DNA of 56,191 nt, taken from contig JAXHSV010000001.1 of NCBI GenBank assembly GCA_034190305.1, positions 1 through 56,191 of the forward strand, written 5' to 3'. This DNA is from Planctomycetota bacterium. GTDB taxonomy: Bacteria > Planctomycetota > Phycisphaerae > SM23-33. Numbering within the stretch: the stretch's first letter is position 1; each line of letters starts with the position of its first letter. The notes beneath the pieces are model-generated. The model was not told the origin of the DNA and ran no database searches. It was given only the letters and a program-made list of their open reading frames with translations. The position numbers and the translations under genes are program-made. This document shows, piece by piece, positions 17,707 through 26,966 of this stretch.

Positions 17707-18630
17707 TTCTCCATATGCATCAACGATATTCTGCACCAGGCGGTGGCGAACAATGTCATGCCTGTCCAGGCGAATGAAAATTAATCCTTTGATGCCTTTT
17801 AGTCGGCGTGCCGAGTCGATCAATCCGCTGGTGGTATTTTCGGGCAAGTCGATCTGCGAATCGTCGCCTGTAATAATCATTTTCGACCCGTGTCCCATAC
17901 GGGTCAAGAACATCAACATCTGCGCCGGTGTGGTGTTCTGGGCTTCATCGAGGATGATTACCGAATCATTGAGCGTTCTGCCCCGCATAAACGCCAGCGG
18001 AATGACCTCGATAATGTCGTTTGCCATGAATCTGCGGGACTGCTCGAAGTCCATCATGTCGTGCAGGGCGTCGAAGAGCGGACGGAGATAAGGGTTGACC
18101 TTTGCCTGCATATCACCCGGAAGGAAGCCGAGTTTTTCGCCGGCTTCAACCGCCGGACGGGCCAGCACCATGCGTTTGGCGCGTTCCGCCTTGAGCATGT
18201 GAACCGCCATTGCCACGGCGAGGTATGTCTTTCCGGTCCCCGCCGGTCCGGTGCAGAATACCATATCATGCTTTCTTATCGCCTCGACGTACCGCCTCTG
18301 CCCCGGCGAGCGCGGGTGAACGGCCTGGCCGTTATATACAGTGATGCTCTCGGACGTATCGGAAGAATCTACTCCCGCAGACACCTCGGCCAGAGCGTCG
18401 GCCACTTCCCTGGCGCCTATGGGCTTATTGTGTCTCATCCGCCGCTGAAGAGCCGCCAGAACCGCCGCAGCGCCGGAGACACCCCTGGCCGCTCCGGTTA
18501 TCCGAACAACCCCGCCGCGGGCGAACATCTGAACGCCCATCACATGGCGTATCGTCTTGAGATGTTCATCAGCCGGTCCGAACAGAACCGAAGACCGCTC
18601 CGGCTGCTCCAGTGTAACAGTTAGTTCCAA
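17692..18630 (-). CDS. phoH: PhoH-family ATPase
   Basis: GPAGTGKTYLAVAMAV Walker A and ILDEAQN Walker B. Start proposed at the TTG at 18630 (GGAG 7 nt upstream), because the longer ORF-track N-terminus (MLRISDFES) is a translated repeat element. Confidence 0.85.
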   Translation of the reverse strand: MELTVTLEQPERSSVLFGPADEHLKTIRHVMGVQMFARGGVVRITGAARGVSGAAAVLAALQRRMRHNKPIGAREVADALAEVSAGVDSSDTSESITVYNGQAVHPRSPGQRRYVEAIRKHDMVFCTGPAGTGKTYLAVAMAVHMLKAERAKRMVLARPAVEAGEKLGFLPGDMQAKVNPYLRPLFDALHDMMDFEQSRRFMANDIIEVIPLAFMRGRTLNDSVIILDEAQNTTPAQMLMFLTRMGHGSKMIITGDDSQIDLPENTTSGLIDSARRLKGIKGLIFIRLDRHDIVRHRLVQNIVDAYGENSNR

Positions 18631-18650
18631 TTTGAAACTCCATCTTTGCT

Positions 18651-18816
18651 GAGATTCAAAATCCGAAATACGAAGCACGAAGGCCGAAACAATATCGAAT
18701 GACCAAAATCCGAATGTTCAAAACCCTTTCTCGGCAGGTCTTGATGAAACTTTTTTGAACATTTGAATTTCGTATTTCGAATTTGTTTCGAGTTTCGGAT
18801 TTCGATATTCGGATTT
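18651..18816. repeat. Palindromic element, AATCCGAAA heptad family (copy B1)
   Basis: The left arm contains AAATCCGAAATACGAAG...CCGAAACAATATCGAA...CCGAATGTTCAAAA. The right arm is TTTTTTGAACATTTGAATTTCGTATTTCGAATTTGTTTCGAGTTTCGGATTTCGATATTCGGATTT. Confidence 0.85.
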
Positions 18817-18827
18817 CCGCTTCATAC

Positions 18828-19691
18828 CTACAGAAGCATCGCCAGGACGACATACGCAACCGGCGCCGCCAGCAGCGGTGAATCGATCATGTCCAGGACC
18901 CCGCCGAAGGGTCCCGCCGACGTTCCGGCATCCTTGATACCCGCATCGCGTTTCATCGTCGATTCGCACATGTCGGCAATCTGACCGAACAGACCGACCA
19001 TCGCCGCAAAGCAGGCCGCTCCGAGAAATCCGACGCGCCCGGCGAGATCATCCCCGCCCGGCAGATGGTCCGCCGCCGCGACAAAGCCCACAGCCACAGC
19101 CGCCGAAAAAACAAGTCCGCCGACCAGGCCTTCCCAGGTCTTTCCGGGACTGACACTGGGCGCAATCTTATGCCGCCCGAAGGCCGAACCCGTAAAGTAA
19201 GCGCCTATGTCGGTGGCCTTGACCGCCAGAAGGAACAGCACGAACGCCTTTACGCCGAACTGCATCCTTATGTCCAGCACCACCGCCCCGCAAACGCCAA
19301 GATAACACACCGCTAAAAGCGATACGCCGACGCGCTTTATAGCGCCGGCAGTTCGATAACGGACAATCTGATCGGCGAACAGAGCCAATACCACCGCCGC
19401 CATAATCACATGAGCAAACCGGGCCCAATGCCCGCTTACCAGCGCCCGCCCCCAAAACGGCAGCGTTGCAACCATGATCGTGCAGGCCATTCCCATGAAG
19501 CGGGATATGGACACATCCGATCCTGCCGCCAGACGGGACAACTCCAGATACCCCTGTGAAACCAGCACTAGAATGACTATCGCCAACGGCAGCCCGCCAA
19601 GCCCCGCCGACTCGACACGCCAGTCAAACCAGAGCAGCACGCCCATCAGGACAATCAGAACAGCACCGACTATTGTTCGTTTGAACATCAA
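18828..19691 (-). CDS. cdsA: Phosphatidate cytidylyltransferase
   Basis: Polytopic membrane protein with SPGKTWEG and a C-terminal SxxKRDxGxKD signature (STMKRDAGIKD). Confidence 0.85.
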   Translation of the reverse strand: MMFKRTIVGAVLIVLMGVLLWFDWRVESAGLGGLPLAIVILVLVSQGYLELSRLAAGSDVSISRFMGMACTIMVATLPFWGRALVSGHWARFAHVIMAAVVLALFADQIVRYRTAGAIKRVGVSLLAVCYLGVCGAVVLDIRMQFGVKAFVLFLLAVKATDIGAYFTGSAFGRHKIAPSVSPGKTWEGLVGGLVFSAAVAVGFVAAADHLPGGDDLAGRVGFLGAACFAAMVGLFGQIADMCESTMKRDAGIKDAGTSAGPFGGVLDMIDSPLLAAPVAYVVLAMLL

Positions 19692-19750
19692 GCGTATATT
19701 ACAGACTCTTATCGATCAAATTGGAAGCGCAAGTCAAAAAGGAACAAACA

Positions 19751-19836
19751 AAATGATAAATGCCAAATGACAAATGTCTTGCGAGGCTGTTTTCGCCCGT
19801 TTGGCGTTTGGCATTTAACGTTTTTCATTTATCATT
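19751..19836. repeat. Palindromic element, AAATGCC heptad family (copy D1)
   Basis: Arms AAATGATAAATGCCAAATGACAAATG and CGTTTGGCGTTTGGCATTTAACGTTTTTCATTTATCATT. The right arm supplies the last codons (NNDK) and the stop of uppS. Confidence 0.75.
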
Positions 19837-20598
19837 GTTTTCAAGCCCGCCGAAGCGACGATGGCGATCGGCGAATGCTCGAATTGCCTCGCCGAAGTCC
19901 TTTTCGTCGAAGTCCGGCCAGAGTGTATCGGTTACGTAAAACTCGGCGTAAGAGACCTGCCAGAGAAGGAAGTTACTTACCCTCATCTCCCCGGCCGTTC
20001 GAATCAGCAGGTCCGGGTCGGGCAGCCCGGCTGTATCCAGCGCATCGGAGATGACCCGCTCATCGACCTGTTCTGGTGTGATTTTTCCCTCGGCTGCGCG
20101 TTCGGAAATAGCGCGAACGGCGGCGGTCAGTTCCGCACGCCCGCCGTAATTCAATGCGAGGTTCAGCCACATTCCCGTATTGTCGCGCGAGACGTCCACC
20201 GAGTGGTCCAGTTCGGTCAAGACGCTTACGGGCAATCCTTCGCGCCGACCCAGGTGGCGGAGGCGAATATTGTGCTCCATTACCGTTACTCGCTCGCGGA
20301 TGAGGTATTCGGCGTAGAGCCCCATCAGGGCGTTGACCTCGTCGCGCGGGCGCCGCCAGTTCTCTATGGAAAATGAATAGAGCGTCAGCGCTTCGAGCCC
20401 AAGACGGGCCGCTTCGGTTACGATTTTGCGAACGACCTTTGCCCCCTCGGCGTGACCGGCAGGCCTAGGCAGGCCTCGATGGGACGCCCAACGACCGTTA
20501 CCGTCCATTATAATCGCCACGTGTCGTGGAAATCGCTCCCCCGGTATGCCAATCCCGGCCCGGGCGGCAGCAACAGATTGCGGAGAAATATCGACCAT
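19825..20598 (-). CDS. uppS: Isoprenyl transferase (undecaprenyl diphosphate synthase)
   Basis: HVAIIMDGNGRWA, FSIENWRRP, RTAGEMRVSNFLLWQ. Confidence 0.9.
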   Translation of the reverse strand: MVDISPQSVAAARAGIGIPGERFPRHVAIIMDGNGRWASHRGLPRPAGHAEGAKVVRKIVTEAARLGLEALTLYSFSIENWRRPRDEVNALMGLYAEYLIRERVTVMEHNIRLRHLGRREGLPVSVLTELDHSVDVSRDNTGMWLNLALNYGGRAELTAAVRAISERAAEGKITPEQVDERVISDALDTAGLPDPDLLIRTAGEMRVSNFLLWQVSYAEFYVTDTLWPDFDEKDFGEAIRAFADRHRRFGGLENNDK

Positions 20599-20613
20599 AG
20601 AGAATGCTAAACG

Positions 20614-21999
<1,386 letters not shown>

Positions 22000-22079
22000 T
22001 CAAGAAATGTCTTATCCGAACGACAACGCAACCGCCTTTCTTAAATCAGTCGAGGACTTCTCGCAGGCTGATGCCCGAA

Positions 22080-22103
22080 GCCCAGCCATTGAAATGGCTG
22101 GGC
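22080..22103. repeat. GCCCAGCCATT hairpin (copy H1) in the divergent purA/phasin-like intergenic region
   Basis: GCCCAGCCATT-GA-AATGGCTGGGC. Confidence 0.7.
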
Positions 22104-22294
22104 CTGGAGCAAATAAACTTTTGGGGAATTCCCACTGACTCACACAATGTTTGACACCATAACCCTAACGGCGACGATACTATTAGTCGATTATGAGTAT
22201 TATTGTGGTACGATAGAGAGGGTTGGCGCCTGTCGTCGTACGATGACAGGTTGACGGGATGAAAGTTACTTTATCTGACTTGAAGGAGATAATT

Positions 22295-22597
22295 GTGTTC
22301 GAGGTAATCAACAAGGCGTTTCTGGTCGGTGTTGGTCTGGCGGCGATGGCGGGTGAAAAGGTTGAGGAGTTCGCCAAGGAACTGGCAGAGAAGGGAAAAC
22401 TCTCCGAAGCCGATGCCCGCAAACTGGCTGAAAACATGCTGAAGAAATCCGCCAAGGCCAGGCGCGACCTCCAGGCTCAGGTTGAGAAGTGGCTGGAGCA
22501 GTCGATTCACAAGATGCACCTTCCGACAAAAGGCGATCTGGACAGTCTCAAGTCCCGCGTCGCCAAATTGGAAAAGGCCTGCAAGAAAAAGAAATAG
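22295..22597 (+). CDS. Phasin-like (COG3937-type) coiled-coil protein
   Basis: FEVINKAFLVGVGLAAMAGEKVEEFAKELAEKGKLS. GTG start 6 nt after AAGGAG. Paired with a downstream ABC1 kinase. Confidence 0.65.
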   Translation: MFEVINKAFLVGVGLAAMAGEKVEEFAKELAEKGKLSEADARKLAENMLKKSAKARRDLQAQVEKWLEQSIHKMHLPTKGDLDSLKSRVAKLEKACKKKK

Positions 22598-22609
22598 CGG
22601 AGAGTTCAG

Positions 22610-24304
22610 ATGCCCATTCGCGGACTAGGCTTCCTGAGCCGGCAATATCGCCACATCAACCGATACCGTCAGATCGTATCTGTCCTGCTGAAGCACGGAT
22701 TCGGGGACCTGATGGGGACTCTGGGTCTGCATCGGCGCCTCGGCATGGACAAGCGCCGCGCAGACCGGCCCGAAGCGATTGTCACACAGACACTGACGCG
22801 GTGGCAGCGCGTGCGAATGGCAATGGAGGAACTCGGCCCGTCCTTCGTCAAGTTGGGGCAGATCGCTGCAACCCGTCCTGACATGATCCCGCAGGAACTG
22901 TGCAGCGAACTGGAAAAACTTCAGGATACGGTTCCACCCTTCGGCTTCAGCCAGGTCGGACAAACAGTAAAGGCCGAACTCGGCGATTCGCTCGAAGCGC
23001 TGTTCGAGCGGTTCGATCAAAAGCCCGTAGCGTCCGCATCCATCGCCCAGGTTCACCGCGCTGTCCTTCCCGGCGGCGAAGTGGTGGCTGTTAAAGTCCA
23101 GCGTCCCGAAATAGACCGGACAATTGCGGTTGACCTGGAGATTATGCTCGATCTGGCCGCTCTTATGGAAAAGCACATTCACGGACTCGATGCGGTAAAT
23201 CCGGTCGGGATAGTTCAGGAATTCGCTCGCACGATTCGCAAGGAACTGGACTTTACAATCGAGGCCGATCATATCGAGCGTTTCGCCCGGAATTTTAAAT
23301 CGAACGATAACGTGCACGTCCCGCGGGTCTTCCGTCGTTACTCGACCAGAAAAGTCCTGACGATGGAGTTTGTCGAGGGGGTTAAGGTTTCGGACCTTCC
23401 GGCTTTGCGCGAGGGCGGTTTTGACCTGGAGTTAATCGCCGGCAGAGGCGCCGATCTCGTCCTCGAACAGATATTCGTGCACGGGTTCTTTCACGCTGAT
23501 CCGCATCCGGGCAACATCCTCATCCTGCCCGACAACGTTATCTGCTTCCTCGATTACGGCATGATGGGGACCGTGAAGCCTCGCTACCGCCAAAGCCTCG
23601 CCGATCTGGTTGTAGGAATCGTCCGCCGCGACGAGAGCCAAATAACAAAGGCGGTTCTGAGTCTTTCGGAGAACGACAATCCCGAGACATACGAGAGGCT
23701 CGAAGCGGACGTGGACGATTTCATCGAGCAGCACTTTTATCGTCCGCTAAAGGACATCCACATGGGAAGCCTCATATCGCAGCTGGTTCAAATTCTGGTG
23801 CGCCACCGGTTAAGGATTATCCCGGATTTCTACCTTCTCACCAAGGCGTTGGCTATCGCCGAGGGAAACGGGCGCAAACTCTGGCCTGATTTCGATATGA
23901 TCAAAAATACCGAGCCGTTCGCCAGGAAAATCATGACTGAACGCCTCAGCCCCCGAACACTTGCGAAAGACCTTTATCGCTCCGGTATCGATATGGGAAA
24001 CCTTATGCGGGACCTGCCCGGCGACGTGAAGGAAATACTCGCCCAGATAAAGCGGGGGCGAATTCACGTCGAGTTCGAACACAGGGGTTTGGAACCGATG
24101 CTCAAGACGCACGACCAGATAAGCAACCGCATAGTATTCGCCATCGTCCTGGCGGCCATTGTTATCGCCTCGTCGGTTATTGTTCTTTCGGGTATTCCGC
24201 CGAAATGGTACGGCATTCCGGTCCTTGGAATTGTCGGATACCTCGCTGCCGGTGCGATGGGCTTCTGGCTGCTGATTTCAATCATCAGGCACGGGAAGAT
24301 GTGA
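22610..24304 (+). CDS. ABC1/UbiB-family atypical kinase
   Basis: LGPSFVKLGQIAATRPDMIP, ASIAQVHRA, VAVKVQRP, FFHADPHPGNI, and two C-terminal TM helices. Confidence 0.85.
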   Translation: MPIRGLGFLSRQYRHINRYRQIVSVLLKHGFGDLMGTLGLHRRLGMDKRRADRPEAIVTQTLTRWQRVRMAMEELGPSFVKLGQIAATRPDMIPQELCSELEKLQDTVPPFGFSQVGQTVKAELGDSLEALFERFDQKPVASASIAQVHRAVLPGGEVVAVKVQRPEIDRTIAVDLEIMLDLAALMEKHIHGLDAVNPVGIVQEFARTIRKELDFTIEADHIERFARNFKSNDNVHVPRVFRRYSTRKVLTMEFVEGVKVSDLPALREGGFDLELIAGRGADLVLEQIFVHGFFHADPHPGNILILPDNVICFLDYGMMGTVKPRYRQSLADLVVGIVRRDESQITKAVLSLSENDNPETYERLEADVDDFIEQHFYRPLKDIHMGSLISQLVQILVRHRLRIIPDFYLLTKALAIAEGNGRKLWPDFDMIKNTEPFARKIMTERLSPRTLAKDLYRSGIDMGNLMRDLPGDVKEILAQIKRGRIHVEFEHRGLEPMLKTHDQISNRIVFAIVLAAIVIASSVIVLSGIPPKWYGIPVLGIVGYLAAGAMGFWLLISIIRHGKM

Positions 24305-24307
24305 GCG
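24272..24307 (+). repeat. Direct repeat copy 1: functional 3' end of the ABC1-kinase gene (LISIIRHGKM-stop)
   Basis: CTGATTTCAATCATCAGGCACGGGAAGATGTGAGCG, repeated at 24876-24911 with one mismatch. Confidence 0.9.
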
Positions 24308-24429
24308 GGCCGACACCGGGCGCACTAGCCCTGCACAGGTCTTGTTTTACCCAATCGGTCGGTTTATCATAATAAAGAACAGTCGGTTAGCAGGGAAGCA
24401 ACAGTGGCTGTGGGGCAAGGAGTTTGGTG

Positions 24430-24642
24430 ATGGGATATCATATACCTGTATTGATTGAGCAGGATGAAGACGACGTTTTTATCGTTTCGGCGCCGACGCT
24501 TCGCGGCTGCCACAGTTACGGAGATACACTTGAAGAGGCCATGAAAAACATCGCTGAAGCGGTGATGCTTTGCCTGCAGGATGAAGTCCCTGATCAAAAC
24601 CGGCGGTTTGTCGGCGTGCGCGACCTGGAGGTAACGGTGTGA
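24430..24642 (+). CDS. hicB: HicB-family antitoxin
   Basis: YHIPVLIEQDEDDVFIVSAPTLRGCHSYGDTLEEAMKNIAEAV (UPF0150/HicB N-domain). AAGGAG RBS. Confidence 0.8.
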   Translation: MGYHIPVLIEQDEDDVFIVSAPTLRGCHSYGDTLEEAMKNIAEAVMLCLQDEVPDQNRRFVGVRDLEVTV

Positions 24643-24866
24643 CGACCGTGCCGGTCATCCCAGCACGCAGGCTTATCCGGGTCTTGGCCAAGTTGGGCTT
24701 CGAGGAAATTCGCTGTCGCGGCTCTCATCATCGGTTTGCTCATCCGGATGGTCGAAAAACTACTGTGCCGGTTCATCAGGGGCGGGAAATTCCCCGCGGG
24801 CTGCTGCGAAAAATTGTTACTGTCGATCTGGGCATGGATATGAAAGAATTTGTTTCGATGCTGTAG
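24639..24866 (+). CDS. hicA: HicA-family mRNA interferase toxin
   Basis: ARRLIRVLAKLGFEEIRCRGSHHRFAHPDGRKTTVPVHQGREIPRGLLRKI. GTGA start/stop overlap with hicB. Confidence 0.85.
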   Translation: MTTVPVIPARRLIRVLAKLGFEEIRCRGSHHRFAHPDGRKTTVPVHQGREIPRGLLRKIVTVDLGMDMKEFVSML

Positions 24867-24875
24867 GTGTTTCTT

Positions 24876-24911
24876 CTGATTTCAATTATCAGGCACGGGA
24901 AGATGTGAGCG
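24876..24911 (+). repeat. Direct repeat copy 2: orphan 3' end of the ABC1-kinase gene
   Basis: CTGATTTCAATTATCAGGCACGGGAAGATGTGAGCG. Begins 10 nt after the hicA stop and still reads LISIIRHGKM-stop. Confidence 0.9.
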
Positions 24912-24929
24912 AACCGGCTGCCGAGGCGA

Positions 24930-25649
24930 TTACATCATCGCTACGACGACATTGTAGCAGGCATGAGCGCCGACGGCGACACCGAAGCCGCGACCGATAT
25001 AGACTATCGCCAGGTAGGCCCCGGCAATTCCGCGAAACACAAACAGGCGCCAGTCGAAATCGGCTGGGCCTATGAAATGATATAAACTGAACAGCACCGA
25101 AGCGGAAACGACGGCCACCACTGCGGTGGGCTTCCTGGCTGCCTTCAGCAGGTCCACAAAAAGCAGCATAATCAGGCCGATAGCCGCCAGGCGGAAGATG
25201 AACTCCTCGTATATTCCCGCCCCTATTCCCGTGAGTATTTCAGCGGCCAGTGCCTGGTCCCCCGCCCCGGCTGCCAGAGCCTCAGGAGCAATCAGCCTGT
25301 CGGTCAGAAACGCCAGGGCGACCAGCGGCGCCATCCCGACGACGCTTTCGGCAAACATTCCCGCTACGGCGTCGGCATCGACGTGCCGCTTTTCCCGGCT
25401 GGCGATGTGCCATGCCAGAAGGACGACGACAATCAACGCCGCCGGAAGAAACCTCGCCGCGGCCCCGAGACTATTGAGCACAACAGCAAGATGCCGAGGA
25501 GCCAGCAGGCAATCGCTGTAAAAAATGGACCCGACCTCATAGGCCACAAGGAGAGGAAGAATGAACATCAGGCAGTTGAGCGGGCGATGGGTCCGCCTCA
25601 GGTATTCCGACGCGGCTTTACTGAATCGGCTTTTTTTCTTCGAAGCCAT
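24930..25649 (-). CDS. CPBP-family intramembrane metalloprotease (CAAX protease-like)
   Basis: EEFIFRLAAIG, SVLFSLYHF and HACYNVVV motifs. Start taken at MASKKK, because the longer N-terminus runs into a repeat element. Confidence 0.75.
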   Translation of the reverse strand: MASKKKSRFSKAASEYLRRTHRPLNCLMFILPLLVAYEVGSIFYSDCLLAPRHLAVVLNSLGAAARFLPAALIVVVLLAWHIASREKRHVDADAVAGMFAESVVGMAPLVALAFLTDRLIAPEALAAGAGDQALAAEILTGIGAGIYEEFIFRLAAIGLIMLLFVDLLKAARKPTAVVAVVSASVLFSLYHFIGPADFDWRLFVFRGIAGAYLAIVYIGRGFGVAVGAHACYNVVVAMM

Positions 25650-25671
25650 ACCGGCAAACTGACATACAAGA

Positions 25672-25787
25672 GGCCACAGAGACGCAGAGAGCGCAGAGAT
25701 TAACAAGACAAAAGAAACAAAATAACGCAGGGATTTTTGATTCTATCTAACTTATTTGTTCTCTGCGCTCTCTGTGCCTCTGCGGCC
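25672..25787. repeat. Palindromic element, CAGAGA family (copy A2)
   Basis: Arms GGCCACAGAGACGCAGAGAGCGCAGAGA and TCTCTGCGCTCTCTGTGCCTCTGCGGCC. Confidence 0.85.
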
Positions 25788-25800
25788 TATTTTCCCAAAC

Positions 25801-25875
25801 TGATCCCAGCGGGATTTGAACCCGCGTTGCCGGGATGAAAACCCGGTGTCCTGGACCTGGCTAGACGATGGGATC
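25801..25875 (-). tRNA. tRNA-Glu (anticodon UUC), no encoded CCA
   Basis: GATCCCATCGTCTAGCCAGGTCCAGGACACCGGGTTTTCATCCCGGCAACGCGGGTTCAAATCCCGCTGGGATCA folds as a cloverleaf. Anticodon loop TTTTCAT, T-loop GGTTCAAATCC. Confidence 0.9.
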
Positions 25876-25917
25876 GTGTACTAGCATTCAGCAATCAGCG
25901 GTCAGCAATCAAACTGC

Positions 25918-26085
25918 AAAATCCGAAATCCGAATTTCGAAATCCGAAACAATATCGAAACTCAAATGACTAAAAAATCCAAAACATAAACAAGCATAAA
26001 TACTTGCGATGTTCGATGTTTGGAACATTAGAAAATTCGAACTTCGAATTTGTTTCGTATTTCGTATTTCGATATTCGGATTTTT
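25918..26085. repeat. Palindromic element, AATCCGAAA heptad family (copy B2), between the two tRNA genes
   Basis: The left arm is AAAATCCGAAATCCGAATTTCGAAATCCGAAACAATATCGAAAC... The right arm is ...CGAATTTGTTTCGTATTTCGTATTTCGATATTCGGATTTTT. Shares CCGAAACAATATCGAA and TTCGATATTCGGATTT with B1. Confidence 0.85.
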
Positions 26086-26089
26086 CCTG

Positions 26090-26120
26090 CTACAAACTAC
26101 CGGCTGCCGGCTACCAATTC
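26090..26120. repeat. GGTAGCC heptad family arm (C2, left of tRNA-Lys)
   Basis: CTACAAACTACCGGCTGCCGGCTACCAATTC. Complementary to the arm at 26201-26243. Confidence 0.7.
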
Positions 26121-26122
26121 AA

Positions 26123-26195
26123 TGAGGGAGCTGGGACTCGAACCCAGAACCTACGCCTTAAAAGGGCGTTGCTCTGCCAGTTGAGCTACTCCCCC
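26123..26195 (-). tRNA. tRNA-Lys (anticodon UUU), no encoded CCA
   Basis: GGGGGAGTAGCTCAACTGGCAGAGCAACGCCCTTTTAAGGCGTAGGTTCTGGGTTCGAGTCCCAGCTCCCTCA. Anticodon loop CTTTTAA. 7-bp acceptor stem with one G-U pair. Confidence 0.9.
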
Positions 26196-26200
26196 AAGCC

Positions 26201-26243
26201 ACAGACAGTAATCAGTAGCCGGTGGTCAGTAGTCGGTAAAAAA
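26201..26243. repeat. GGTAGTC/GGTAGCC heptad family arm (C2, right of tRNA-Lys)
   Basis: ACAGACAGTAATCAGTAGCCGGTGGTCAGTAGTCGGTAAAAAA. Confidence 0.7.
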
Positions 26244-26290
26244 AGGAAGTAATCAGCAATCCGGTTTTTTGTCCGGTCCTTAGTTCCTGA

Positions 26291-26851
26291 CTACGATTCC
26301 ATTACCTCATGGTTTTTTTCATCGAGGATTTTGTCGATTTCTTTTACGTACTGGTCGGTCAGTCTTTGAACCTCCTCTTTACATTGTATCACGTCGTCTT
26401 CGGTAAGCAGATTTTCGTTTTCTTCCTTGTCGGCGGTTTTATTTGCTTCTCTTCTAACGTTGCGGACGGTTACGCGCGCCTGCTCGGCCATTTTCTTCAG
26501 CTGCGCCACCATGTGTTGTCGGCGTTCGCCGGACAGCGCGGGTATCGGCAAGCGGATGACCTTACCCGCCGTCGCAGGCGTGATACCCAGTTCGGAGGAC
26601 TGAATGGCCTTTTCGATCTCCTTTTTACTGGCGGGGTCGAACGGCTTGATGACGATCATATCCGGTTCGGGCACCGAAATAGACGCCAACTGCCGAAGGT
26701 CCGTCGGCGAACCGTAGTAATCGACTTTTATATGCTCGACCAGTCCCGCCGAGGCTCTGCCTGTGCGAATTACACGCAACTCGTCGCCGAAAAACTCGAC
26801 GGCCTTCTCCATCTTCTCTTCACATTCCAGCAAAATATCGTCTATCGGCAT
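26291..26851 (-). CDS. frr: Ribosome recycling factor
   Basis: LRVIRTGRASAGLVEHIKVDYYG and IRLPIPALSGERR. Confidence 0.92.
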   Translation of the reverse strand: MPIDDILLECEEKMEKAVEFFGDELRVIRTGRASAGLVEHIKVDYYGSPTDLRQLASISVPEPDMIVIKPFDPASKKEIEKAIQSSELGITPATAGKVIRLPIPALSGERRQHMVAQLKKMAEQARVTVRNVRREANKTADKEENENLLTEDDVIQCKEEVQRLTDQYVKEIDKILDEKNHEVMES

Positions 26852-26872
26852 GGCTATATCCCAGAAACAGAT

Positions 26873-26961
26873 TTAACCACAAAGGACACAAAGAACACAA
26901 AGAAAAGAAAGACTATTTTTGTTTTTTTACTCTTTGTGCCCTTTGTGTTCTTTGTGGTTAA
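26873..26961. repeat. Palindromic element, CAAAGA variant of the CAGAGA family (copy A')
   Basis: Arms TTAACCACAAAGGACACAAAGAACACAAAGA and CTCTTTGTGCCCTTTGTGTTCTTTGTGGTTAA. Lies in the pyrH-frr spacer. Confidence 0.85.
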
Positions 26962-26966
26962 TTTTT

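Noticed and set aside
25672-26243. Possible CRISPR array, given the dense short periodic repeats around the tRNAs
   Set aside because: The repeat units are 7-9 nt and directly abutting, with no 25-40-nt unique spacers. The arms are self-complementary palindromes. There are no cas genes in the window.
26004-26252. Small ORFs inside repeat or tRNA regions (26004-26252, 18656-18859, 18718-18969, 15412-15871, 29738-29977)
   Set aside because: They are translations of palindrome arms or of the strand antisense to tRNA-Lys. They have no RBS and low-complexity peptides.
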